Assembly: GCA_041915545.1 (NCBI GenBank)
Contig: JAYSBF010000013.1
Location: 13,390 to 77,389, forward strand
DNA length: 64,000 nucleotides
Reading direction: 5' to 3'
From: Magnetospirillum sp.
GTDB lineage: Bacteria > Pseudomonadota > Alphaproteobacteria > Rhodospirillales > Magnetospirillaceae
This document shows, one piece after another, positions 30,080 to 39,427 of the stretch. Both the position numbers and the translations under genes were made by a program. Under the pieces are notes generated by a model. It saw only the letters and a list, made by a program, of their open reading frames with translations, did no database searches and had not been told where the DNA came from. Each line of letters opens with the position of its first letter. The first letter of the stretch is position 1.

Positions 30080-30421
30080 ATGCCGCCAAAGATCAACCCG
30101 TTGAAATTGAACCCGCTTCAGTGCAAGACCCTGGTTCTGTTCCAGGAATTGGCCCGCCACCCCGAAACATCCCAGGATGCGGCCGAAGGCGGAAAAATCC
30201 TGACCACCCTGCCCAAGCCCCATGGCAACCATTTTCATGTGGGCGATAAGGTAGCGCTGTCCAAGGATGCCAGCGGTCTGGGCAATCAGGCGGTTTGGGT
30301 GGCCTTGGAACGCAAGGGTCTGATCAGCGGCAGCTTTCCCGTCGCCGTGATCCTGACCCAGGCCGGGCTGGATTATGACACCGGACTCGCCCATCAGATT
30401 TTGCACGGCAGCGATCACTAA
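30080..30421 (+). CDS. Conserved hypothetical protein, first gene of the que operon
   Basis: AGGAGA RBS; 113 aa; 4 nt gap to queE. Confidence 0.75.
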   Translation: MPPKINPLKLNPLQCKTLVLFQELARHPETSQDAAEGGKILTTLPKPHGNHFHVGDKVALSKDASGLGNQAVWVALERKGLISGSFPVAVILTQAGLDYDTGLAHQILHGSDH

Positions 30422-30425
30422 GACC

Positions 30426-31052
30426 ATGGCCTATCAGGTCAAGGAACTGTTCTACACCTTGCAAGGTGAAGGCGGGCAAAGCGGCCGTGGGGCGGTTTTC
30501 CTGCGGTTCACCGGTTGCAATCTGTGGAGCGGGCGTGACGCCGACCGCGACACCGCCCGGTGCCGTTTTTGCGATACCGATTTCGTCGGCGGCCAGCGTT
30601 TCGACGATGCCCGCACCCTGGCCCAAGCCTGTGCCGATCTGTGGCCCAAGGGGGCGGGCCGTCTGGCCCAACCCTATGTGGTGTGCACCGGTGGCGAACC
30701 GGGGCTGCAATTGGACACGCCGCTGATCGACGCCTTGCACGGCTTGGGGTTTGAGGTGGCGGTGGAAAGCAATGGCACCATCGCCTTGCCCCCCGGTCTG
30801 GATTGGGTGTGCATCAGCCCCAAGGCTGGGGTGCCGCTGGTTCAGGACAGTGGGGATGAATTGAAATTGGTCTGGCCGCAGGCGGATATGGACCCGGCCC
30901 AGTTGGAAATGCTGCCGTTCCGGCATTATTTTCTTCAGCCGATGGATGGTCCTGACCGTCAGGCCAATCTGGCTTTGTGTGTCGGCTATTGCTTGACGCA
31001 TCCACGGTGGCGTCTCAGCCTGCAGACCCACAAAATCATTGGTATTCCATAA
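30426..31052 (+). CDS. queE: 7-carboxy-7-deazaguanine synthase (radical SAM, CX14CX2C type)
   Basis: ELFYTLQGEG, AVFLRFTGCNLWSG...CRFCDTDF, TGGEP, ESNGT, SPK, LQP, LSLQTHK. Confidence 0.95.
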   Translation: MAYQVKELFYTLQGEGGQSGRGAVFLRFTGCNLWSGRDADRDTARCRFCDTDFVGGQRFDDARTLAQACADLWPKGAGRLAQPYVVCTGGEPGLQLDTPLIDALHGLGFEVAVESNGTIALPPGLDWVCISPKAGVPLVQDSGDELKLVWPQADMDPAQLEMLPFRHYFLQPMDGPDRQANLALCVGYCLTHPRWRLSLQTHKIIGIP

Positions 31053-31064
31053 GGGTATCGTCTC

Positions 31065-31595
31065 ATGCCGGCGCCTTTCCGCGTCTCTCGCCGTATTGAA
31101 ATCGATGCGGCCCACCGCATCATGACCCATGGGTCGAAGTGCCGGAACCTTCACGGCCACCGCTATGGAATCGAGGTCATTTGCGAGGCGGTAAGCCTGC
31201 ATGACCAAGGGGAGCAAAGCGGCATGGTGGTGGATTTCGGCTTTCTGAAGGAAGAAATGATGATCGCCATCGACCAGCCTTGTGACCATGGGTTCATGGC
31301 CGCCCTGGCTGATCGCGATCTTTTGGCCATGTTTGCCCCGTCCGGCCACGTCAGCGATCAGTGGATCGCTGACATCGGGGCGCAGGTGGCCGCCCATGGC
31401 GAAGCCACCACCACCCAGACCCGGTTAGGGACCAAGCTGACGGTCATGCCCATGCAGCCCACGGCCGAGGGTCTGGCTCAGCATTGGTATGGAAAATTGG
31501 CGGGACCGGTCCAGACCCGATCGGGCGGTACGGCCCGGCTGGTCAGTGTGAAGGTCTTTGAAACCCCCAATTGCTGGGCGGAATACGGCGGATGA
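31065..31595 (+). CDS. queD: 6-carboxytetrahydropterin synthase QueD/PTPS family (long variant)
   Basis: [29 protein letters not shown]. Confidence 0.85.
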   Translation: MPAPFRVSRRIEIDAAHRIMTHGSKCRNLHGHRYGIEVICEAVSLHDQGEQSGMVVDFGFLKEEMMIAIDQPCDHGFMAALADRDLLAMFAPSGHVSDQWIADIGAQVAAHGEATTTQTRLGTKLTVMPMQPTAEGLAQHWYGKLAGPVQTRSGGTARLVSVKVFETPNCWAEYGG

Positions 31596-31930
31596 CCGCG
31601 CCCGCCGCCAGTCTGCTGGTATATGGCGTGGCGGCCCTGGCCGAAATTGGCGGCTGTTTTGCCTTTTGGTCCTGGGCCAAATCGGGGCGCCCCATCTGGT
31701 GGCTATTGCCGGGCCTGGCGTCCTTGGTGCTGTTCGCCTGGATATTGACCAGGATCGAGACGGATTTCGCCGGCCGTGCCTATGCCGCCTATGGCGGGAT
31801 TTATATTCTGGCATCGCTGGGATGGCTGTGGGTGGTGGAAGGCCAGGCCCCCGACCGCTGGGATGCGGGCGGCGCGCTGCTGTGTCTGGCCGGTGCAGCG
31901 GTTATTTTATGGGGACCGCGCGGGGGCTGA
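31592..31930 (+). CDS. ynfA: YnfA/UPF0060 small membrane protein
   Basis: [30 protein letters not shown]; ATGA overlap with queD. Confidence 0.92.
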   Translation: MTAPAASLLVYGVAALAEIGGCFAFWSWAKSGRPIWWLLPGLASLVLFAWILTRIETDFAGRAYAAYGGIYILASLGWLWVVEGQAPDRWDAGGALLCLAGAAVILWGPRGG

Positions 31931-31983
31931 TTTTTTTTCGCAGGAAAGGAGATGGCGGGTCGTTCAATGGAATGTCATCGGTT

Positions 31984-32211
31984 GGATGCTTCGCAACCCG
32001 CACAATGTGGGGCATCCGCCGACGGGGCGTTCCGTAACCCGCACGCGCGGAACGCCACGCTCGGCCCGTTGGTCGCTCTATCCCCCTTCATTAGAGCGGC
32101 TGACGGGCCGGACCCTTTTGCGATATCCGTTAACAAGTGTCCTGCACGGGACGAACAACATCCCGGCGAGGGACCAAAGGAAAGTTCCGACCTCGGGTCG
32201 GAACTTTCTAA
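31984..32211. repeat. Hairpin-rich intergenic element between the convergent ynfA and GGDEF genes
   Basis: Stems 31984-32017, 32026-32056, 32062-32110 and 32180-32208; segment 32162-32208 matches 63661-63707 at 44/47 (reverse complement). Confidence 0.65.
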
Positions 32212-32233
32212 TAGGGTGGGGAAAAACCCCGCT

Positions 32234-33352
32234 TCAGCCTTCGTCTTCGGCTCCGGCCAGGGTGACGCGGTTGCGGCCTTCGGTCTTGGACCGGTACAGC
32301 GCCTTATCGGCCCGGCCCAGCAGGGCGGGGACCGTGGGGAATGTGCCGTTTTCCGATGGCTGGGCGGTAGCCACCCCCACACTGACGGTAAAGCTCAGAA
32401 TTTCGCCCTTGGGCAGGGGCAATTTGATCTGTTCCACCTGCTGACGCAGCCGGTCGGCGATGACCATAGCGGCATCGGTCCCGGTATTGGGCAGGGCGAC
32501 GGCGAATTCCTCGCCCCCGCAGCGGCCCAGGATATCCAATTCGCGCAAGGCCAGCTTGCAGGCCCCCACAAACGCCTTCAGCGCTTCATCCCCGGTGGCG
32601 TGGCCCCAGGTGTCGTTGATGCGTTTGAAGTGATCAATGTCCAGGGCCAGCAGCGAGAAATTGCGGCCCATGCGACGGGCGTGATCCAGTTCCAGCGCGG
32701 CCTGATGGTGGAAATGGCGCAGATTGGCCACCCCGGTCAAGGCATCGCGGGTGGCCAGGATTTCCAGCTCGGCTACATGCTGCTGGGTATCGCTGAACGC
32801 CTTCAGCGACAGGGCCAGATCCTGAACCCGGCCATGGGGGTCCACCACCACCGGCACCCGTTCGATCAACAGGCGCAACAGGCCGGTGGCGGTATCGCTA
32901 TCGTCCAGCCCGTCCATGTCGCCCGGCGGGTGGGCGTAAACCCCGACCACCAGGCGCGATCCACCGGCGGGCAGCACCAGGCGCTGCCATGTCTGGGTTT
33001 CCCCATCTTCCAATGCCGCCGTATAGGACCGCCACAGGGGGCGTTGAACCCGATGGGCGAAGGTGTATTCGAATTCCAGCATCCCACGGCGTTCCACCGG
33101 CAAGATGTCGGTGGGCAACACGTCGATCACCTGCCCGGTCAGATCCGTACCGAATTGTTCGACGAAGCCCTGACCGTAATAGGAATAACGGATGTGCGAG
33201 CCGTCGATGTCGATGATCAGCAGATTGTCCTTATGAACAGCGAAGCTGTCCAACGGGTCCTTGACTTCGCCAGTGGGCAGGAAAGCCGATTGCCAGCGGC
33301 TGAACAGATCGAACAGCCGGGCGTCCATCACTTGGGAAAGCAGGGTCTGCAT
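32234..33352 (-). CDS. Diguanylate cyclase with an N-terminal PAS-like domain
   Basis: DALTG..N, DIDHFKRINDTWGH..GD, RELD I-site, GGEEF. Confidence 0.93.
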   Translation of the reverse strand: MQTLLSQVMDARLFDLFSRWQSAFLPTGEVKDPLDSFAVHKDNLLIIDIDGSHIRYSYYGQGFVEQFGTDLTGQVIDVLPTDILPVERRGMLEFEYTFAHRVQRPLWRSYTAALEDGETQTWQRLVLPAGGSRLVVGVYAHPPGDMDGLDDSDTATGLLRLLIERVPVVVDPHGRVQDLALSLKAFSDTQQHVAELEILATRDALTGVANLRHFHHQAALELDHARRMGRNFSLLALDIDHFKRINDTWGHATGDEALKAFVGACKLALRELDILGRCGGEEFAVALPNTGTDAAMVIADRLRQQVEQIKLPLPKGEILSFTVSVGVATAQPSENGTFPTVPALLGRADKALYRSKTEGRNRVTLAGAEDEG

Positions 33353-33452
33353 GCGCCACCGTCTTTGCTATGGCTAGGTTGGGGCAAGACGTACCACATT
33401 TGTCCCGCCAGGAACATCTTTCCGAGTGGAAAGATTTTCCCCGGAGACAAAG

Positions 33453-33484
33453 AAAAACCCCCGAAGGCCGTCGCCTTCGGGGGT
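33453..33484 (-). terminator. Intrinsic terminator of typA
   Basis: ACCCCCGAAGGC-cgtc-GCCTTCGGGGGT; T5 follows on the minus strand. Confidence 0.85.
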
Positions 33485-33489
33485 GGTCA

Positions 33490-35307
33490 TCACTCTTCAG
33501 CCTGACGCGACGCCCGTTTGCGTTCGTTGGGGTCACGCAGACGCTTGCGCAGACGGATGGATTTGGGGGTCACTTCCACCAATTCATCATCCTGAATGTA
33601 GGCGATGGCCTGTTCCAGGCTCATTTTCCGCGGGGTGGTCAGGCGCACGGCCTCGTCCTTGCCGGCGGCGCGGATGTTGGTCAATTGCTTGGCCTTCAGC
33701 GGGTTCACTTCCAGGTCGTTGCCCCGGCTGTGTTCGCCAATGATCATGCCTTCGTAAATCTTCACCCCGGCGGGGATGAACATGGGGCCGCGATCTTCCA
33801 GATTCCACAGGGCATAAGCCACCGATTCGCCCGTCGCGTTCGAGATCAGCACGCCATTACGGCGGCCTTCGATGGCGCCCTTATACGGGGCATAGCCATG
33901 GAACACGCGGTTCATCAGCCCGGTGCCGCGGGTATCGGTCAGGAATTCGCCGTGATACCCGATCAGGCCACGGGACGGGGCCAGGAAGGTGATACGGGTC
34001 TTGCCGCCGCCGGTGGGGCGCATGCCGGTCAACTCGGCCTTGCGCAGGGTCATCTTTTCCACCACCGCGCCCGAGAATTCATCGTCCACATCGACGAAGA
34101 CTTCTTCCATGGGTTCGGTGCGCTGGCCGTTTTCGTCGTTCTTGAACAGAACGCGGGGGCGCGACACGCTCAGTTCGAAACCTTCGCGGCGCATGGTTTC
34201 AATCAGCACGCCCAATTGCAATTCGCCGCGTCCAGCCACTTCGAACGCGTCCCGGCTGGGCAGTTCGGTAATGCGGATGGCCACGTTGGATTCGGCTTCG
34301 CGGGCCAAACGGGCGCCGATGACGCGGCTGGTGACCTTGTCGCCTTCGGTTCCGGCCAGCGGGCTGTCATTGACCGAGAAGATCATGGCCAGGGTGGGCG
34401 GGTCGATGGGCTGGGCATACAGGGCTTCAGTCACTTCCGGCACGCAAATGGTGTCGGCCACGGTCACCTTGGTCATGCCGGACAGGCAAACAATGTCGCC
34501 AGCCTCGGCCTGTTCCACCGGCACCCGTTCGATGCCACGGAAGGCCAGGATCTTGGCGGCGCGGAACTGTTCGATCATCTCGCCATCGCGGTTCAGACCC
34601 TTGAGCGCCTGATTGGTCTTCAAGACGCCGGTGGCGATGCGACCGGTCAGGATGCGGCCCAGATAGGGGTCGGCTTCCAACGTGGTGGCCAGCATGGAGA
34701 ACGGCTGGTCCAGATCGCGGGCGGGGGCGGGCACATGACGCAGAATCAGATCGAACAACGGTTCCAGGCTGTCCGTGGGGCCATCGGGGGATTCTGCGGC
34801 CCAGCCATCGCGGCCCACGGCGAACAAGGTGGGGAAGTCCAATTGTTCGTCATTGGCGTCCAGGGCGGCGAACAGGTCGAAGCATTCATCATGCACTTCG
34901 TGGGGACGGGCATCGCCGCGATCCACCTTGTTCACCACCACGATGGGGCGCAGGCCCAGGCCCAATGCCTTGCCGGTGACGAATTTGGTCTGGGGCATGG
35001 GGCCTTCGGCCGCGTCCACCAGCACCACCACACCATCGACCATGGACAGGATGCGTTCCACCTCGCCGCCGAAATCGGCGTGGCCGGGGGTATCGACGAT
35101 GTTGATGCGGACACCCTTCCATTCCACCGAGGTGCACTTGGCCAGAATGGTGATGCCGCGTTCTTTTTCCAGATCGTTGGAGTCCATCACCCGTTCCGCC
35201 ACCTGCTGGTTTTCGCGGAAGGTGCCGGACTGGCGGAGCATGGCGTCGACCAGGGTGGTTTTACCGTGGTCGACGTGGGCGATGATGGCGATGTTTCTGA
35301 GTTCCAT
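33490..35307 (-). CDS. typA: Translational GTPase TypA/BipA
   Basis: [41 protein letters not shown]. Confidence 0.98.
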   Translation of the reverse strand: MELRNIAIIAHVDHGKTTLVDAMLRQSGTFRENQQVAERVMDSNDLEKERGITILAKCTSVEWKGVRINIVDTPGHADFGGEVERILSMVDGVVVLVDAAEGPMPQTKFVTGKALGLGLRPIVVVNKVDRGDARPHEVHDECFDLFAALDANDEQLDFPTLFAVGRDGWAAESPDGPTDSLEPLFDLILRHVPAPARDLDQPFSMLATTLEADPYLGRILTGRIATGVLKTNQALKGLNRDGEMIEQFRAAKILAFRGIERVPVEQAEAGDIVCLSGMTKVTVADTICVPEVTEALYAQPIDPPTLAMIFSVNDSPLAGTEGDKVTSRVIGARLAREAESNVAIRITELPSRDAFEVAGRGELQLGVLIETMRREGFELSVSRPRVLFKNDENGQRTEPMEEVFVDVDDEFSGAVVEKMTLRKAELTGMRPTGGGKTRITFLAPSRGLIGYHGEFLTDTRGTGLMNRVFHGYAPYKGAIEGRRNGVLISNATGESVAYALWNLEDRGPMFIPAGVKIYEGMIIGEHSRGNDLEVNPLKAKQLTNIRAAGKDEAVRLTTPRKMSLEQAIAYIQDDELVEVTPKSIRLRKRLRDPNERKRASRQAEE

Positions 35308-35376
35308 GGGACTGTCGTTACGCTACCGAAGCGGATGGGGGAAGGGAAAGGCGGATTACCGCCCGGCCCCGGAGAG

Positions 35377-36375
35377 TCAAAGTGACGCCAAACGGGCCGC
35401 GGCCAGCTTGGCCAGGGCCTGTTCAGGGCGGGCGCCGAAATGGGAAATCACCTCGCCGGCGGCCAGACCGCCCAGCAAGGCACAGACGGGCAGGCTGTGA
35501 CCCTGGGTCAGGCCAGACAGGAAGCCGGCGGCGTACAGATCGCCCGCCCCGGTGGTATCCACCACCTTGGCCACCTTGTCGGCGGGAACGGCATGGACGC
35601 CATTCCCAGTGATCACCACCGAGCCTTCAGCGCCACGGGTGACGGCGGCGATGCGGGCGTGGCCACGCACCTGACGCACTGCCTGATCGAAATCATCAGT
35701 GCGGTATAGGGACATCAATTCGGATTCATTGGCGAAAAGGATGTCCACATGGCTGCCGACCAGATCCAGGAACGCATCGCGATGACGGTCGACGCAGAAC
35801 GGATCGGACAGCGACAGCGACACCTGGCGCCCGGCCTGATGGGCGATGGCGGCGGCCTTTTGAAAGGCCGCCTTGGCCTCGGGCGGGTCGTACAGATAGC
35901 CTTCCAGATAAGTGACCGCAGACTGGGCCACCACCTGTTCATCCACATCCGCCGGGCCAAAGCCGACGCAGGCCCCCAGATAGGTCAGCATGGTGCGTTG
36001 GGCATCGGGGGTGACCAGAACGAAACAGCGGGCGGTAGCGGGGCCGGAGGTCGCGGCCTTGGTGGGGAAATCCACCTGGGCCTTGCGGATATCATGGCCG
36101 AAAACCTGGCCCAACTGGTCGTCGCGTACCTTACCCAGATAGGCGGCCTTGCCCCCTAACGAGGCGACGCCGACAATGGTATTGGCGGCCGAGCCGCCGG
36201 AACATTCCACACCGGGGGGGATCTGTTCGTAGATGCGTTCGGCCTGGGATTCGTCGATCAGGGTCATGACACCCTTGACCAGATCCAGGCGGGACAGCAG
36301 GGCATCATCGGCATGTACCAGCACGTCGACGATCGCGTTGCCGATGCCGGCGACGTGGTATGTGGGTTCGGCCAT
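35377..36375 (-). CDS. PfkB-family kinase (adenosine kinase-like)
   Basis: [26 protein letters not shown]. Confidence 0.92.
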   Translation of the reverse strand: MAEPTYHVAGIGNAIVDVLVHADDALLSRLDLVKGVMTLIDESQAERIYEQIPPGVECSGGSAANTIVGVASLGGKAAYLGKVRDDQLGQVFGHDIRKAQVDFPTKAATSGPATARCFVLVTPDAQRTMLTYLGACVGFGPADVDEQVVAQSAVTYLEGYLYDPPEAKAAFQKAAAIAHQAGRQVSLSLSDPFCVDRHRDAFLDLVGSHVDILFANESELMSLYRTDDFDQAVRQVRGHARIAAVTRGAEGSVVITGNGVHAVPADKVAKVVDTTGAGDLYAAGFLSGLTQGHSLPVCALLGGLAAGEVISHFGARPEQALAKLAAARLASL

Positions 36376-36536
36376 TGTCTTAAATCTTCGGTCGATTGCG
36401 CACGGGTTGGGGCCGGCATCGGGCACACCCGTCCGGCGGCGCAGTATAGCCGGGACGGCGAATGGAACAATTAAAAAAGGACGCTGGACAAAAAAGGATG
36501 CCCCGGCTTTGACCGTGGGCGGTTTCATGCTTAAGT

Positions 36537-37214
36537 GTGACCGCCATGATCGCCGCCATCTGCAAAGCCCTGGGCCAATTGCCCGATCCCCGCCTGCGCC
36601 GCGTCCTCACCTTGGGGGTGGGCGGGGCGCTGACCGCTTATTTGACCCTGGTGGCGGTGGTGTGGATCACGGTGTCCCATTTGACCTTGTTTCAGGATCA
36701 TTGGGCCGATCTGGGGGCGGGGATCACCCTGGTCCTGCTGGCCCTGACCGTGCCGGTTCTGTTTTTCCCCGCTCTGGCAACCACGATCATGAGCGTCTTT
36801 CTGGATGACGCCGCCCTGGCGGTGGAGCAGCGTCATTATCCCGGATTGCCACCCGCCCGGCAGCAGCCTTGGCATGAAGTGGTCCTGGGGTCCTTGCGTT
36901 TCCTGGCGGTAATGATCGGCATCAACCTGTTGGCCCTGCCACTCTATCTTTTGTTGTTGGCCACCGGGTTGGGGGTGGTTCTGGGGGCGGTGATCAATGG
37001 ATATCTTTTGGGGCGGGAATATTATGAATTGGTGGCGGTCCGCCGCCTGCCCCCCGATCAGGCCCGATTGGGCTTTCGCCATTCGCTTGGGCGGGTTTGG
37101 GTGGCGGGCATCGTCATCTGGCTTTTGTTCTGCGTTCCGGTGGTGAATCTGGCGGCGCCGGTTATCGCCACGGCTTTCATGGTTCACGTATTCCAGTCAT
37201 TGCGCATCCGGTAA
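36537..37214 (+). CDS. EI24/CysZ-like membrane protein
   Basis: Multi-TM; F.DD....VE..HYP, NGYLLGREY. Confidence 0.8.
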   Translation: MTAMIAAICKALGQLPDPRLRRVLTLGVGGALTAYLTLVAVVWITVSHLTLFQDHWADLGAGITLVLLALTVPVLFFPALATTIMSVFLDDAALAVEQRHYPGLPPARQQPWHEVVLGSLRFLAVMIGINLLALPLYLLLLATGLGVVLGAVINGYLLGREYYELVAVRRLPPDQARLGFRHSLGRVWVAGIVIWLLFCVPVVNLAAPVIATAFMVHVFQSLRIR

Positions 37215-37255
37215 CAAACGCTATAATCCCGCATCCTTCGCGTTGCGGTTACATC

Positions 37256-37669
37256 ATGCGCCTGACCCATCTGGCTGTGTTCGCGCCCTTGGCCCTGTTG
37301 GCGGCCTGTGGCGGAAATCCCCAAGACTTGACCATCAGCAATGGTGCCAGCGGCATGTCCAGCGTGGCCGCGGAAAAGGCTCGTCTGGCGGCTTTGCGCC
37401 AGGGTGGGACGCTTGAACCGGCCCGGTTGAAGGGAATGAACACGTTGGAAATCCGCTCCATCCTGGGGAAGCCTGGATTTACCCGCCGGGATGCGCCGGC
37501 GGAAATCTGGCAGTATCGGGGGCGCATCTGCACCTTGGACCTGTTCCTGTATGACGATGCCAGCGGTCAGACCGTGGCCCATTACGCCGTTCGCGGGGCC
37601 ATGCCGGTCAGCGAAGGCGAATGCGTCAACGAACTGGTCGGGCGCAATGCGGGTACTCCCACCAGCTAG
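37256..37669 (+). CDS. Lipoprotein (BamE/SmpA-like LG.P...R core)
   Basis: Lipobox LLAAC; LGKPGFTRRDAPAEIWQY. Confidence 0.7.
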   Translation: MRLTHLAVFAPLALLAACGGNPQDLTISNGASGMSSVAAEKARLAALRQGGTLEPARLKGMNTLEIRSILGKPGFTRRDAPAEIWQYRGRICTLDLFLYDDASGQTVAHYAVRGAMPVSEGECVNELVGRNAGTPTS

Positions 37670-37684
37670 GCTTCGCCGGATTTA

Positions 37685-39427
37685 ATGCACGGTTCATCTC
37701 TTTGGGCGGGCGCGATGTCCGCCCTGACGCGCAAGGCGGGCCAAGTGGTCCGTGACCCTGTGCTGCGCCGGTTCCTGTTGGACCGTGCCTTGGGGCGGAT
37801 CGAAAATCCGGCGCCTTTCACCCCGCATTGCCCACCTTATCTGCCGACGCATCAGCCGCACGATTCCGTGCTGCCTATCCCCAGTCCAACCGCGTCGGCC
37901 CGTCCCCAGGGCGGAATTTCCGTGGATTTGCCGGGAATGCGGCTGGATGTGGACCCTGCCGATCCGGGGGCGGTCTTCGATCTGGATTTCGCTGATGGTG
38001 AAACCGCCGAAGCCTTGCACCGCTTCGCCTGGCTGCCCCTGACCCCCGACGTGTCCGCCGATTGGGTATTCGCCCTGTGGGATGCTTGGGTCCGCCGCTT
38101 TGTTCCGGCCGATCCCCGACAGGGGGGGGACGAGCGGGCGTGGAATGCCTATACCGCTGCCGAACGGGTGTGCAACATCCTGGATTACGGCCAACGGGTC
38201 GGCTGGCCCGGCGGCTGGGATCATTGTGCCGCCGTGTTGGCCCACCATGCCCCCCGAATCCGGGCCGGGTTGGAATATTATGGCGAGACGGCCACCCATA
38301 ATCATTTGGCCAATGACGGGCGTGGTTTGTACCGGCTGGGGGTCGCCTTGGGGTTGGCGGCCCCCCGTCAAACGGGTTTGGCCATTTTAACGCACGAGGC
38401 CGAGCGCCTGTTCCGCCCGTCGGGGATATTGCGGGAAGGGTCATCCCACTACCATCTTTTATATACAAGGAATTACGCTGATTGCTGGCTGGCCGCCCGT
38501 GCCGCCGGATTGACGGATGATGCCGGACGGCTGGAAGCCGTCGTGACCCGACTTTTGGCGGTTCTGCCCCATCTGGCTTTGCCCGGCGGGCTGCCTCTGG
38601 TGGGGGATATCTCGCCGGATTCGCCGCCCGATTATCTGGTCGGCCTGCTGCCGGGGCGACAGGATGCCGGTGGCTGGATGGCCCGGTTGGCGCCGGGGGA
38701 CCGGGCCGGTCTTTTGGCGCTGATGGCGACGGTACGTCCGGTCGGGCGGGATGTGCTGGCCGCCGATGGCTGGCTGCGGCTGGATCGTGGGCCATGGGCC
38801 GGAATGGTGCGGGCCGAACCGGCCGGATGGGTGTTCAGCCCCGGTCACGGGCACCAGGATTGGGGATCGCTGGTTCTGCATCACCGGGATCAGCCGGTTT
38901 TGGTGGATTGCGGACGCGGCGCCTATGGTGAAACCGGGCATGCGGCCTTATACCGGACGGGGCAGGTTCATAACGGCGTGACCGTGGATGGATGCGATCC
39001 TTATGCGGTCAACCGGCCTTATTATACCGATGCCTTTCGACGCAAGGCCGGTGGCGAGGCGGCGGCAGCGGATTGGACTGATGACGACGCCCGGATTTTG
39101 GCCGGAGGCTTCGCCCGGATCGGCGCCGGTGCCTGGCGGCGGCGGATTCAGGTGGAAGACGGACAGGTTGTCATCACTGATCGGATCGCGGGCCGGGGAC
39201 GGTTCACGGTCACCCGCCATTTTCATACGCCGCTGCCGGTCGTGATCAAGGATGACCATGTGGAGTTGGGCGGGCGGTTCCGCTTGCGTGCGCCGGGCGG
39301 GCGGATCATCATCGCCCCGGCCCGGCTGTGGGTGGCCTATGGCCGCGATGTGCCCGGCTGGGCCATCCGGGTGGAAAGCCCAACCCGGTTGCCTTGGGAT
39401 GCGACAACGGTGATCGAGGCTTTTTGA
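37685..39427 (+). CDS. Heparinase II/III-like protein
   Basis: NHL.ND, EGSSHYH, HGHQD.GS, HN; family frequent in polysaccharide loci. Confidence 0.8.
   Translation: MHGSSLWAGAMSALTRKAGQVVRDPVLRRFLLDRALGRIENPAPFTPHCPPYLPTHQPHDSVLPIPSPTASARPQGGISVDLPGMRLDVDPADPGAVFDLDFADGETAEALHRFAWLPLTPDVSADWVFALWDAWVRRFVPADPRQGGDERAWNAYTAAERVCNILDYGQRVGWPGGWDHCAAVLAHHAPRIRAGLEYYGETATHNHLANDGRGLYRLGVALGLAAPRQTGLAILTHEAERLFRPSGILREGSSHYHLLYTRNYADCWLAARAAGLTDDAGRLEAVVTRLLAVLPHLALPGGLPLVGDISPDSPPDYLVGLLPGRQDAGGWMARLAPGDRAGLLALMATVRPVGRDVLAADGWLRLDRGPWAGMVRAEPAGWVFSPGHGHQDWGSLVLHHRDQPVLVDCGRGAYGETGHAALYRTGQVHNGVTVDGCDPYAVNRPYYTDAFRRKAGGEAAAADWTDDDARILAGGFARIGAGAWRRRIQVEDGQVVITDRIAGRGRFTVTRHFHTPLPVVIKDDHVELGGRFRLRAPGGRIIIAPARLWVAYGRDVPGWAIRVESPTRLPWDATTVIEAF

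Noticed and set aside
31952-35385. Plus-strand ORFs of 517 and 671 aa opposite the GGDEF gene and typA; similar shadows at 17410-18396, 26532-28046, 56406-57977 and 57942-59498
   Set aside because: Same antisense-frame artefact of high-GC codon usage
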